Source: a virus
Taxonomy: Duplodnaviria > Caudoviricetes
Virus record (IMG/VR): IMGVR_UViG_3300032421_000009
Coordinates: 1 to 42,497 of that record
Length of the DNA stretch: 42,497 nucleotides
Reading direction: 5' to 3' (one strand)
Shown here: positions 1 to 9,321 of the stretch, in pieces
Layout of the letters: every line of letters begins with the position of its first letter
Position numbering within the stretch: position 1 is the stretch's first letter
Notes under the pieces: model-generated
What the model was told of the DNA's origin: nothing
Databases searched by the model: none
The model's input: only the letters and a program-made list of their open reading frames with translations
Made by a program: the position numbers and the translations under genes

Positions 1-157
1 CGCTCCGGTTCGCCGGTTCGGTGACGGAAACCCACAGTGACAATCCGATGAGCGAAACACAGCAACAGCCAGCTACCGAAGAGCGCGTCCCGCAGTCGCA
101 GCACGTCCTGCAGAACGAGGAGAACGAGGACGCCACCCTACCGCTGCAACAGCCGCC
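1..157. repeat. Terminal direct repeat, left copy (circular overlap)
   Basis: 1-157 is identical to 42341-42497 except one mismatch (C31 vs A42371). Confidence 0.97.
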
Positions 158-845
158 GCAACCGGAAGCGCCTGTCGAGAGCGAGGCCAAGCCCGACGAG
201 CCGGAGGTCGATGAGCGCGAGGAGCTGCTGCGTAAAGAACGCCGCGCCCACGCCAATCGCGTCGGCCAGATCGTCAAGCAGCGCTACGCCGAGAAGGCCC
301 GCGCCGATGCGCTGGAGCAGAGGCTGCGCGAGATCGAGCAGCGCCAAGCGCAGTATGATGGCAGCCCGCAGCCGGCGCCGACGCAGGAAGACATCGACCG
401 GCTGATCGACCAGCGCGCCGCCGAGAAACTCGCCATCCAGCAGCACAACGCCCGCGTCGAGGAATGGGACAAGGCGGGCAAGGAATCGTTCGGCGAGGAC
501 AAGTTCAAAGCGGCCTGCGAGACCGTCGCCAATATGTCGTCCGCCGAGCAGCGCCGCATGCTGCTGGCCATCGCGCTGGACGTGGAGGGCGGCCAGCGGG
601 CGATCATCGAGATGGCGGACGATCCCGAGGAGGCCGAGCGCATCCTGGCGATGCCGCCGCACCGTATGGCGCTGGCTCTGACAAAGCTGGGCGCCACACC
701 GACACCGGAGCCAAAGCCGGTGTCGCGATTACCGCCGCCGATCCGCCCGCCCTCAGGGGGACGCGCGCGCGGCCAACCCGATCCGGAAAAGGGATCGTGG
801 GATGAGTTCAAGCGCTGGTCAGCCGACATGAACTGGCGCCGCTAA
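48..845 (+). CDS. Capsid scaffolding protein
   Basis: Acidic/Q-rich N-terminus and coiled-coil body; lies between the portal region and the coat gene as in P22-like phages. ATG at 48 preferred over GTG at 21. Confidence 0.7.
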   Translation: MSETQQQPATEERVPQSQHVLQNEENEDATLPLQQPPQPEAPVESEAKPDEPEVDEREELLRKERRAHANRVGQIVKQRYAEKARADALEQRLREIEQRQAQYDGSPQPAPTQEDIDRLIDQRAAEKLAIQQHNARVEEWDKAGKESFGEDKFKAACETVANMSSAEQRRMLLAIALDVEGGQRAIIEMADDPEEAERILAMPPHRMALALTKLGATPTPEPKPVSRLPPPIRPPSGGRARGQPDPEKGSWDEFKRWSADMNWRR

Positions 846-868
846 CGCCTACGCCGTGCCTGCCGACT

Positions 869-1063
869 TGCGGCGGCTACCGCATGCATCCGCGACAGCG
901 GACCTCCGACTGAGCGCGTAGATCGCTCTGCGACGGGCGGGAGCAATCCTGCCCGTCCTCAGGTGCCACCTGAGACCCGACTGGAAGCGGCTTCTTCCTG
1001 TGTGCCGAAGAACCCCTCCGGGGTGACGGCCTGCCTCCGAAACGAAGGGATCAGGAATGAGCC
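869..1063 (+). ncRNA. Structured intergenic RNA / 5' leader of coat gene (putative)
   Basis: Consecutive hairpins at 869-884, 889-902, 912-928, 932-957 (11-bp stem, GCAA loop) and 958-974; long-range pairing of 989-1000 with 1052-1063. Confidence 0.5.
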
Positions 1064-1066
1064 ACA

Positions 1067-2293
1067 GTGCCCAATACCATCATTACGCCTACGCTCGTCG
1101 TGAGGCGCGCTATCGAACTATTCAGAAACTCCAACGCCTTCCTCCAGATGGTGGATCGCCAATGGCAGGACGAGTTCGGCGGGCCTAGCGTCGCCGGACA
1201 GAAGCCGGGCAGCACCATCCAGATCCGCCTGCCGAATGACTACGTAGCGCGCAGCGGACCCACCGCAGTCCCACAGTCCACAGTTGAATCAACGACCGCA
1301 CTGACGGTCGCGACGCAGACCGGCGTGGATATCGCGTTCTCAATGGCCGAACGCACGATGTCGATACAGGACTACGACGTGCGCGTTATCCAGCCGGCGG
1401 TCAACGCACTGGTCGGCAACATCGCCTCCAACATCATGCTCGGCGCCGAGGCGATCCCGAACCTGGTGCATAATGTCGATGGGAGCAACAACACACTCAC
1501 GCCGACGCTGACCACCTGGGCGACCGCGGGCGCGCTGCTCGACAAGCTCTCGACACCACGCAGCCAGCGCCGCGTCGTGCTCGACCCGATCACCATGGCG
1601 CGCACGGTCAACTCGTTCAGCGGGCTGTTCAACCAGCAGTCCAAGATCGGCCAGCAGTACGAAACGGCGATGATCAAGACCGACGTGCTGGGCATGGACT
1701 GGGCGCAGGACCCAACGGTGCTCACCCACACCACGGGCGCTTACGGCGCACTCGGCACGGTGTCGGGTGCCAGCCAGACCGGCAGCACGATCACCACGAG
1801 CGCACTCGCCGGGCCGCTGAAGAAGGGCGACATCATCACCTTCCCAGGCGCCTTCGCGGTCAATCGCGTGACCAAGACCACGACGGGGCAACTGGCGCAG
1901 TTCGCGGTGACGGCGGATGTCGCGGGCGGTGCCACCTCGATCCCGATCTACCCGGCGCTGATCCCGGCCAGCGGCGGCAATCCCGTCGCCTACCAGACGG
2001 TCACCGCCTCGCCCACCGCCGGTGGCACCATCGTCTGCCTGACCAACGCGTCCGAAACCTACCGCAACAACTTCATCTTCCATCCGCTCGCCGTCACCCT
2101 GGCGATTGTGCCGATGGAGATGCCGACGCGCGGCGTGGTCGAGAGCTACCGCGAGAGTCAGGACGGCGTGAGCATCCGTCTCATCAGTTTCTACGACGGC
2201 ATCAACGACCAGATGATCACCAGGCTCGACGTGCTCTATGGCTGGAAGTGGGTCCGGCCCGAGTGGGCCTGTAGGGTGCCAGATATCCTCTGA
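1067..2293 (+). CDS. Major capsid protein, P22 gp5-like
   Basis: 408 aa; N-terminal MPNTIITPT...GSTIQIRLP and C-terminal RLDVLYGWKWVRPEWACRV are typical of the P22 coat family; synteny. Confidence 0.9.
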   Translation: MPNTIITPTLVVRRAIELFRNSNAFLQMVDRQWQDEFGGPSVAGQKPGSTIQIRLPNDYVARSGPTAVPQSTVESTTALTVATQTGVDIAFSMAERTMSIQDYDVRVIQPAVNALVGNIASNIMLGAEAIPNLVHNVDGSNNTLTPTLTTWATAGALLDKLSTPRSQRRVVLDPITMARTVNSFSGLFNQQSKIGQQYETAMIKTDVLGMDWAQDPTVLTHTTGAYGALGTVSGASQTGSTITTSALAGPLKKGDIITFPGAFAVNRVTKTTTGQLAQFAVTADVAGGATSIPIYPALIPASGGNPVAYQTVTASPTAGGTIVCLTNASETYRNNFIFHPLAVTLAIVPMEMPTRGVVESYRESQDGVSIRLISFYDGINDQMITRLDVLYGWKWVRPEWACRVPDIL

Positions 2294-2321
2294 TCGTTGT
2301 TGATGGATACAGGAGAAACCA

Positions 2322-2513
2322 ATGTCAGATACGACACGCAAGGACCACGCGGCGGACGAGCGGGAGCGGCAGCGCCAGGCGGCGCACCAGACCTCACAGC
2401 CGGCACCACAGGCCGCCACCGACGATGAGATCATGAAAATCCGCAAAGCGGCCGGCGCCATCGCCGAGGTCATCGAGCCGGTGCAGCGCGTTCGCCAGGA
2501 AAGGACCAACTGA
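2322..2513 (+). CDS. Hypothetical protein (63 aa)
   Basis: AGGAG SD; TGATG coupling to the next gene. Confidence 0.6.
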   Translation: MSDTTRKDHAADERERQRQAAHQTSQPAPQAATDDEIMKIRKAAGAIAEVIEPVQRVRQERTN

Positions 2514-3025
2514 TGCCAAACAACACGGAGCACGAGCGCGAAGAGCAGCGCAAGCGCGAGGAACAGCAGCAGCGCCAGCAGCAGGAGCGCGACCGCCAGC
2601 AGCGCGAGCCGGAGGCGGGGCCGGGCGGCGTCATGCCGCAGCCCAAGCCGGGCGACAAGGTGGCGAACCCGGCACATCCCGAGGCGCCCACCGAGGTGCC
2701 GCCGGATTATCCGAACGCCGCCGACGTGTTCGGCGAAGGAGCGCCGGGCGCACCCACCGCCTACCCGAAGGTGAAGTTCCACCCGATCTATGGCGGCGTC
2801 CGCGTCAGCGACGCTTCTGAGGAGGGCCTGCTGCAACCGCCTTATGCGTGGTTCGATACCGCGGAACTGGCCGACATGGCCCGCACCTACACCGAAGCCG
2901 AGCAGGTGCGGACGCATAACCAACTCCGCAAGCTGAAGGAGCTGGAGGACGCCGGCCTGCCGGTCGTCAGCAGCAGCGTGCAGGCCGAGGAGGCTGTGCG
3001 CCGCGGCATGGCCGAGCCACTGTAA
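2513..3025 (+). CDS. Hypothetical head-region protein
   Basis: Coupled ORF (TGATG/TAATG) with a Q/E/R-rich N-terminus. Confidence 0.65.
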   Translation: MPNNTEHEREEQRKREEQQQRQQQERDRQQREPEAGPGGVMPQPKPGDKVANPAHPEAPTEVPPDYPNAADVFGEGAPGAPTAYPKVKFHPIYGGVRVSDASEEGLLQPPYAWFDTAELADMARTYTEAEQVRTHNQLRKLKELEDAGLPVVSSSVQAEEAVRRGMAEPL

Positions 3026-3798
3026 TGGCCATCCGCACATGCCAGGATCTGCTCGCGTCAGTGCTGCGCACCAGCGGCGTGACGGGAGTGGGCCAGACGC
3101 CACTCGCCGAGGACATCACCACCGCGTTTGAATACCTGGTGGAGATGATCGGCATCTGGCAGCGCGAGCGCTTCCTGGCATGGCGGCTGACCGAGCAGAT
3201 CATCCCGAGCACGGGCGCGCAGTCCTACGCGATGCTGGACCGCCCGCCACGGCTCGACAGCGCCTATGCGCGGCTGCTCACCGGCCAGCAGGTGGCGACC
3301 GTCTACAACGCCGGGCCAGTGGATTTCCCGCTCTACCTGATCGACAGCATGGACGAATACAACGAGATCAGCCTGAAGCAGCTTTCGACGTTTCCGGCCG
3401 CCGTCTGGTATTCGCCGGACTATCCGACGAGTTCGCTGTGGTTCTGGCCGATCCCGCCAGCCGGCCAGTTCGACCTGCACGTGTTCTACCGCGCCGGGCT
3501 GCCGACCTACACGGCGCTCACCGATCCGCTGGGCCTGCCGCCAGAGTATGTCGCCGCGGCACGCTACGAGTTGGCGGTGAAGCTGCAGATGGAATACGGG
3601 CTGCCGGCGCGGCCCGACCATGTGGCGACGCTCATGGGCATCAAGGCGGGCATCCGCGCAGCGAATGCGCATGTGGCGCAGTTGAAGGTGCCCGGCCCGC
3701 TGGTGCCCGGCATGGGCGGCACAGGCGGCATCAGCGGCGCTGTGGGGCCGCACCAGAGTGTCATCGTGCTCGATAGCGGCCTGCCGGTGCTCGGATGA
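3025..3798 (+). CDS. Head-to-tail adaptor, P22 gp4-like
   Basis: LRTSGVTGVGQTPLAED... and LPPEYVAAARYELAVKLQMEYG motifs; position after the coat gene. Confidence 0.7.
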   Translation: MAIRTCQDLLASVLRTSGVTGVGQTPLAEDITTAFEYLVEMIGIWQRERFLAWRLTEQIIPSTGAQSYAMLDRPPRLDSAYARLLTGQQVATVYNAGPVDFPLYLIDSMDEYNEISLKQLSTFPAAVWYSPDYPTSSLWFWPIPPAGQFDLHVFYRAGLPTYTALTDPLGLPPEYVAAARYELAVKLQMEYGLPARPDHVATLMGIKAGIRAANAHVAQLKVPGPLVPGMGGTGGISGAVGPHQSVIVLDSGLPVLG

Positions 3799-4037
3799 GC
3801 GGAAGTACGGGCTATCCCTGGCTGCCGGGCCAGGTGTTGACGGCGGCGGATCTGAATGAAGCGATTCAGTTGAGTTCTGGCCCAACTGGACCCATGGGGC
3901 CCCCTGGAGCTGACAGCACCGTGCCTGGGCCACCTGGCGTGGGGATTATAGCAGGCAACGGCGTGCCGGCAGGGACGCAACCTGTGGGCACGCTCTACAT
4001 CGACGCGCTGTCCGGCGATCTGTGGCAGTTCAGCTAG
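3795..4037 (+). CDS. Small virion protein with short collagen-like repeat
   Basis: GQVLTAADLN motif followed by GPTGPMGPPG; ATGA overlap with the upstream gene. Confidence 0.6.
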   Translation: MSGSTGYPWLPGQVLTAADLNEAIQLSSGPTGPMGPPGADSTVPGPPGVGIIAGNGVPAGTQPVGTLYIDALSGDLWQFS

Positions 4038-4486
4038 ACGTTGAGCGTGTCGGCGGCCGTCCACTTCAGACGCAGCCGTTTCCGCTTTGCTGAGGCGCAG
4101 ATTGAGCAATAGCGCACGCGTCCGCGTTTGCTTTGGTATGTCTTGTCGAATGGATGGCCGAGCGTGCAATGGCGCTTCTGGGAGTTGAGATAGGGAAGCG
4201 AAGTGCTATCGCGCTTGACGCTCTCCTCCACCGAGATTGCTTGCAGATGTTGCGGATTGACGCAGGCGCGATTGCGACAGGTGTGGTTGACGAAGAAACC
4301 ATCAGGAATGTCGCCATTGATGGAATACCACGCGACGCGGTGTGCTCTCCGGTTCATGCGGCGGAAATAGAATGTCCCGTATCCATCGCGATCCAGCGGC
4401 CCCTGCCAGAGCCAACACTCACCGATCTTCTTGTGTTTGGAGGCGAAGCGCGTTGCTTCCTGTAATGTCATACTCATGGCCCGCAT
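4034..4486 (-). CDS. HNH homing endonuclease
   Basis: CWLWQG..DGYG, AHRVAW and [14 protein letters not shown] motifs plus a C-terminal C..GH...CxxC; antisense to the structural operon. Confidence 0.88.
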   Translation of the reverse strand: MRAMSMTLQEATRFASKHKKIGECWLWQGPLDRDGYGTFYFRRMNRRAHRVAWYSINGDIPDGFFVNHTCRNRACVNPQHLQAISVEESVKRDSTSLPYLNSQKRHCTLGHPFDKTYQSKRGRVRYCSICASAKRKRLRLKWTAADTLNV

Positions 4487-4525
4487 GGTTACCGGCCCGC
4501 AAGACCGGTTGCAAGGGATTTAACT

Positions 4526-5113
4526 ATGGCCTGGGCTAAGATCGGCAATCTCAAGGGGCCGCAGGGCAATCCTGGTCCAACTGGGGCTGCGAGCACCGTC
4601 CCAGGCCCCCAAGGTCCAGCCGGGCCAACCGGCCCCGCAAGCACCGTTCCGGGTCCACAAGGACCACAGGGTCCGGCCGGCGCAACTGGCGCAACTGGAC
4701 CGGCGGGCACCACGACATTCTCCGGCCTGACCGGCGCGGCGACGTACGCGCAGCTTCCAACCGAGGTGCAGCAGATCCCGATCAGCTTTGCGTTCTCCGG
4801 AAAGCCGGCGACCGGCGCTGTGGTGAACGCGCCGATGCCGATGACGGTGACGGTGCCGGCGTCATTGGCTGGGGCTGTGGTGTACGACACGACCAAGACG
4901 ACGGCTAATGCGGCATTCACCGTGAACAAGATCAGCGGCGGCAGCACGACAGCGCTGGGCACCGTCACCATCACCAGCACCTCGAACACGAGCTGCACGC
5001 TTGCGGGCGCTGGTGGCACGCTGAATGCCGGTGACGTGCTGCAGATCGTGGCGCCGACGCAGGATGCCACGCTCGCTGACGTGGGCATCTCGATCCTGGC
5101 GAGCCGCGTCTGA
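4526..5113 (+). CDS. Collagen-like repeat virion fibre protein
   Basis: GNLKGPQG start, Gly-X-Y repeats, beta-rich C-terminal domain. Confidence 0.75.
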   Translation: MAWAKIGNLKGPQGNPGPTGAASTVPGPQGPAGPTGPASTVPGPQGPQGPAGATGATGPAGTTTFSGLTGAATYAQLPTEVQQIPISFAFSGKPATGAVVNAPMPMTVTVPASLAGAVVYDTTKTTANAAFTVNKISGGSTTALGTVTITSTSNTSCTLAGAGGTLNAGDVLQIVAPTQDATLADVGISILASRV

Positions 5114-5712
5114 TGCCGACGACGTGGAATCCCTCGGACAAGACAGCCGGCACCACACTATCGAATGGTAATCTGACTGTTGTATTCACGGCGACGGGAA
5201 ACGGTGTCCGGTCCATCTACAGCGACACGGCTGGAAAGTGGTACTGGGAAGCGACGTACAACTCGGGCAGCTCGCAGTGCATCGGATTTGCCAATGCCAG
5301 CGCCGTGTTGAGCACGGTCTGGACCACTTCGACCAACGCTGTGGTGGCGTATAACGGTAGTATCGACGTCAATAACGTCTCCCAGAGCGGTGCTGGCTTC
5401 ACAATTCTCACCGGCCACACGGTAGCAGTTGCCATCGACCTGGGTGCTCAACGCATCTGGTTCCGTAATGTGACCACCAGCGGCAACTGGAATAACAACG
5501 TCGCCAACAATCCGGCGACAAACGTGGGCGGGCTTAACATAGCAGTGCTTGGCTCTCCGTTGTTCGCACTACTCGCGGGGATTGGCACGGCTAACTGGAG
5601 CACCAACTTCGGCGCCACGACGCTTGTCGGCGCGGTGCCATCCGGCTTTACCGCCGGTTTTGGCCCGGCTGCCGCAGCGGCCACGCAGGCGCGCGTGATG
5701 GTGCTGGCGTGA
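5113..5712 (+). CDS. SPRY/B30.2-like beta-sandwich virion protein
   Basis: TWNPSDK..TLSNGNLT...GKWYWE...VAIDLGAQRIWF...NFG pattern. Confidence 0.7.
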   Translation: MPTTWNPSDKTAGTTLSNGNLTVVFTATGNGVRSIYSDTAGKWYWEATYNSGSSQCIGFANASAVLSTVWTTSTNAVVAYNGSIDVNNVSQSGAGFTILTGHTVAVAIDLGAQRIWFRNVTTSGNWNNNVANNPATNVGGLNIAVLGSPLFALLAGIGTANWSTNFGATTLVGAVPSGFTAGFGPAAAAATQARVMVLA

Positions 5713-7499
5713 CCCGGCTCGCATTGAGCGGCGGCGCTTACGAGGCCCGCAGCGTCATCGCAAGCGCACAGCGGTGCCTCAACCTCTATGCCGAGACCGT
5801 GCCGACCGGCAACCAGAACACCGGTGCCACCGGCCAGGGCGAGCCGGTGCAGTTCGCCTATTACCCGACGCCCGGCCTGCGTAAGCTCTCCACCCTGCCG
5901 CAGAACGGCGTCCGCGCCATCAGGCAGGCGACGACCGGCGGTATCTACGCCGTGGCCGGCTCCGGCGTGTATCGCATCGACCCCAGCACCTGGGCCGGCA
6001 CACTGCTCGGCTCCATCACCTCCGGCCACCGCACGCCCGTCAGCATGCAGGACAACGGGCTGCAGATGGCGATTGTGGACGGCTCGCCCTATGGCTGGTC
6101 CATCGACCTCACCAACGACACGTTCGCCGCCATCAGCGATCCCACCGGCATGTTCAGCGGCGCCGACGTGGTGCAGTACCTCGACACCTATCTGTTATTC
6201 AACAAGCCCAGGACGCCGCAGTTCTATTCGTCCGACAGCCTGAGCCTGAAATTCGACCCGCTGTGGTTCGCCAATAAGCAATCGTTTAGCGATCTGCTGG
6301 TGACGCTGGCGGTGGCCAAGCGCGAGATCTGGCTGCTGGGCGATAGAACGACCGAGGTCTGGTACAACAGCGGCAAGCCGGATTTCACGTTCGAGGAGCA
6401 GCCCGGCACATTCGTGGACCACGGCACCTGCGCGAAATACAGCGCCGCCGTTCACGATAATTCGGTGTTCTGGCTGTCGAAGGACCGGCAGGGCCGCGGC
6501 AACGTCGTCCAGGGCGCCGGCTACCTGACCAAGCGTATCTCCACTCACGCCATCGAGCAGGAAATGGCCGGCTACGAGACGCTCTCGGACGCCATCGGCT
6601 TCTGCTACATGATGGCCGGCCACGCCTTCTATGTGCTGACCTTTCCCAAGGCGGACAGGACCTGGGTTTACGATATCGTCACCGGCCTGTGGCACGAATG
6701 GTGCTGGATCGACAGCAACGGCGACGAGCACCGCCACCGCGCCAACTGCTGCTATCCGTGCAATGACACCATCGTGGTCGGCGACTGGCAGAACGGCAAT
6801 CTCTATGCGCTGGACCGCGATGTCTACACGGACGACGGCCAGCCGATCAAACGGGTCCGCGCGTTTCCGCATCTGCTCAACGACGGCAACCGGGTGTTTT
6901 ACCGGCAGTTCGTCGCCGACATCGACACCGGCACGGGCGGCGGCGAGGTGATCGAGCAGACGCTGATCCGCACGACGTTCACCGCACCCGACGGCACACC
7001 GCTTGAGAGCTACAGCAACGATGCGGATGTCGGGACGTGGACCGTGGTGAGCGGCGCGGCACAGATCACCGGCAACGCGCTGCTCGGCACGGGCGCTGCC
7101 GAGTATCGCTCGACCGCCCTGATGGCGGGGCCGGACTACATCCTGACGTTCAAGGCCATCCCGACCGACTACAGCATTGTGCCGACCGGCAACGTCCACG
7201 CCACGGCACGCTCCGGCTACACCGCGACGATCCGCGGCGACGGCGCGCAATACTGGGTGGACCTGGCGGTGAGCGGCGGCTCGTCCACGTCGATTGCCAT
7301 GGGCACCATTCCGTCAGGACACTACGCGGTGACGCTGCGGCTGCAGGGCGCCACCATCACCCTGTCGGTGCAGCGCTCGTCCGACAGCCTGTGGCTGCGC
7401 GGCGATGGCGCATGGACCGCGACGGCCAGCAACGCGATCACCGTCAACGACGACACGCACCCGGCGCCAGGCCAGGTCACCATCGGCGGGAGCTGGTAG
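5709..7499 (+). CDS. Tail hub / DNA stabilization protein (P22 gp10-like), N-terminal part plus appended domain
   Basis: QRCLNLY..PTPGL, TEVWYNSG, GHAFYVLTFP..RTWVYD and VGDWQNGNLY motifs. Hub-like sequence stops near residue 410 (IDTGTGGG) and is followed by ~180 unrelated residues. Confidence 0.85.
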   Translation: MTRLALSGGAYEARSVIASAQRCLNLYAETVPTGNQNTGATGQGEPVQFAYYPTPGLRKLSTLPQNGVRAIRQATTGGIYAVAGSGVYRIDPSTWAGTLLGSITSGHRTPVSMQDNGLQMAIVDGSPYGWSIDLTNDTFAAISDPTGMFSGADVVQYLDTYLLFNKPRTPQFYSSDSLSLKFDPLWFANKQSFSDLLVTLAVAKREIWLLGDRTTEVWYNSGKPDFTFEEQPGTFVDHGTCAKYSAAVHDNSVFWLSKDRQGRGNVVQGAGYLTKRISTHAIEQEMAGYETLSDAIGFCYMMAGHAFYVLTFPKADRTWVYDIVTGLWHEWCWIDSNGDEHRHRANCCYPCNDTIVVGDWQNGNLYALDRDVYTDDGQPIKRVRAFPHLLNDGNRVFYRQFVADIDTGTGGGEVIEQTLIRTTFTAPDGTPLESYSNDADVGTWTVVSGAAQITGNALLGTGAAEYRSTALMAGPDYILTFKAIPTDYSIVPTGNVHATARSGYTATIRGDGAQYWVDLAVSGGSSTSIAMGTIPSGHYAVTLRLQGATITLSVQRSSDSLWLRGDGAWTATASNAITVNDDTHPAPGQVTIGGSW

Positions 7500-8551
7500 T
7501 GCCGTATGCACTGAACCCGCTGCTGATGCGGCGATCCAGCGGCGGCGCTCCCACGCTGGAGCGGCCTGCCGGTTCGGTGTTCAGCGGCCCCCTCGTCTGC
7601 GGCGTCTGGTCGGTGTGGCTGTCCGATCCGCTGTTCGCCACGTCAGGGCATCACTCGTTCAACGTCTCGGTCAGCGACACGCCAACCGGCTCGGTCTACT
7701 GGGAGTTCGGCGTCGGCATCGATAACAACAACAGCGTGGGGGTCAGCGTGGTCAGGCAGAACTCGCCTGGCAGCATGACCGCATTCAGTTGGGCGTCCGA
7801 TGTCGCCTCCTGGCCCACCTGCCAGGGGCATGTGCTGCTCAGCTTCGACCTGGTCGCGGGTGTTGCACAGGCATACATCAACGACGTGGCGCGGCCGTTA
7901 GGCTCGACCACGCCGCCCGCCGCGTGGTTCACCGCCGGCGTACCGTTCGCGGCGAATACCGTGACGGATGAGAGCTACCCACCAGGCGGCTATCTGGCGG
8001 ATCTGTGGTTCAGCCAGACGCCCTCTTTCGTGGATCTCAGTGTCACCGCCAACCGGCGGAAGTTCATCAATGCCGATCTGACGCCGGTCGATCTCGGAAC
8101 CACCGGCACCGCGCCGTTCGGCACCGCGCCGACGATCTACCAGAGCATCCGGCCGGGCGGCGTTGCCGCTGACTTCCTGACCAACCGAGGCGCCGCTGGC
8201 GGCACGTTCGCGCCAGTGGGTGCAACGCTTGTCGATGCGCTAGGCGATCCCTGCGTGGCGTCGCCGCCGGACCCCGAACCCACTTCGGTATTCCTCGCAT
8301 TAGACGACGTGCAGGTCCGCACCATCCCGACGCCGCCGTGCCAGATCTTCCTCGATTGGTCCGACGACCGCGCGCACTCGTTCGGCAGCCCCGTCGGCCA
8401 GCCGATGGGATCGCTCGGCGAGTATCGCACATTCGTTCAATGGCAGCGGCTCGGCTACGCGCGCGACAGGGTGTGGCGGCTAACGTGGTCATGCCCGCGT
8501 CCCACCGCCCTGCAGGGTGGCTGGATTGAACTCACAGCAGTGAAGACATAG
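7499..8551 (+). CDS. Beta-sandwich domain fused to the C-terminal segment of the gp10-like hub
   Basis: GTG start overlapping the TAG (TAGTG). Ends LDWSDDRAHSFG..MGSLGEYRTFVQWQRLGYARDRVWRL, the usual gp10 C-terminus. Confidence 0.75.
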   Translation: MPYALNPLLMRRSSGGAPTLERPAGSVFSGPLVCGVWSVWLSDPLFATSGHHSFNVSVSDTPTGSVYWEFGVGIDNNNSVGVSVVRQNSPGSMTAFSWASDVASWPTCQGHVLLSFDLVAGVAQAYINDVARPLGSTTPPAAWFTAGVPFAANTVTDESYPPGGYLADLWFSQTPSFVDLSVTANRRKFINADLTPVDLGTTGTAPFGTAPTIYQSIRPGGVAADFLTNRGAAGGTFAPVGATLVDALGDPCVASPPDPEPTSVFLALDDVQVRTIPTPPCQIFLDWSDDRAHSFGSPVGQPMGSLGEYRTFVQWQRLGYARDRVWRLTWSCPRPTALQGGWIELTAVKT

Positions 8552-8553
8552 CG

Positions 8554-9321
8554 ATGCCGCTTCCTCTTGGCCCGCCGCAGATCCAGTTCATCGACGCTGA
8601 CGGCCACCCATACGCGGGCGGCACCGTGCAGACGCTGGTGCCTGGTACCAGTACGCCCAAGGATACATGGCTGGACCCGGACAAAGCCGCCGCCAACACC
8701 AACCCGGTGGTCCTCGATGCCGCAGGTCGCGCCATCATCCTGGGCAGCGCCGACTACCGGCTGATCGTGCGCGATGCCGCCGGCAACCTGGTGTACGACG
8801 GCTGGACCTCCACCGGCATTTCCGACGCGCTGCTGCCGTTCACCACCGCGCCGACGCTGGCCGATGCACGCGCGCTGCTCGGGATCGAGGACGCGATCCA
8901 GGTGGAGACGGATCGGGCGCTCGCCGCCGAGGCCAACCTGCAGACGCAGATCAACAACGAGGTCACCCGCGCCACCAACAAGGAGAACGACCTCCAGTCG
9001 CAGATCGACGCGGAGGAAGCCGCGCGCATCGCCGCGGACACCGACCTGCAGAACAAGATCACCGCGTTGGGCGCCACGAGCCTCAAGGTGGGCACCAACG
9101 TGACTGACTCGTCGGGCCATCTCAGGGTGAACTTCCCGACGCCATTCCCTACCAACACCACCGCCGTTGTGACGCAGCTCATGAACAGCGACCTGAGCGC
9201 GGTGTGGCTATCGGTTAACTACGACGCCAACGGCTTCGATATCTGGTCGAGCATCCCGCTGGCCGACGACACGGTGCATCCGATCCCGGCGGCGTTCTGC
9301 TGGATCGCCACAGGGAACTGA
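8554..9321 (+). CDS. Tail fibre/spike with head-binding-type N-terminal domain and coiled coil
   Basis: QFIDADGHPYAGG...NTNPVVLDAAGRA N-terminus, heptad region, and a C-terminal FPTPFP...WIATGN domain. Confidence 0.7.
   Translation: MPLPLGPPQIQFIDADGHPYAGGTVQTLVPGTSTPKDTWLDPDKAAANTNPVVLDAAGRAIILGSADYRLIVRDAAGNLVYDGWTSTGISDALLPFTTAPTLADARALLGIEDAIQVETDRALAAEANLQTQINNEVTRATNKENDLQSQIDAEEAARIAADTDLQNKITALGATSLKVGTNVTDSSGHLRVNFPTPFPTNTTAVVTQLMNSDLSAVWLSVNYDANGFDIWSSIPLADDTVHPIPAAFCWIATGN

Noticed and set aside
846-1066. tRNA or known self-cleaving ribozyme in the scaffold-coat gap
   Set aside because: No cloverleaf with a T-loop and no hammerhead core (CUGAUGA/GAAA) recognised; kept only as an unclassified structured RNA.
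1340-3103. Long antisense ORFs (e.g. 1340..3103, 6195..7250, 19056..20039, 40219..41346)
   Set aside because: Shadow ORFs opposite well-supported genes, as expected in high-GC DNA.
7037-7498. N-terminal 154 aa of ORF 7037..8551
   Set aside because: It overlaps the gp10-like ORF in another frame and reads as R/H-rich shadow sequence; the GTG at 7499 is the plausible start.
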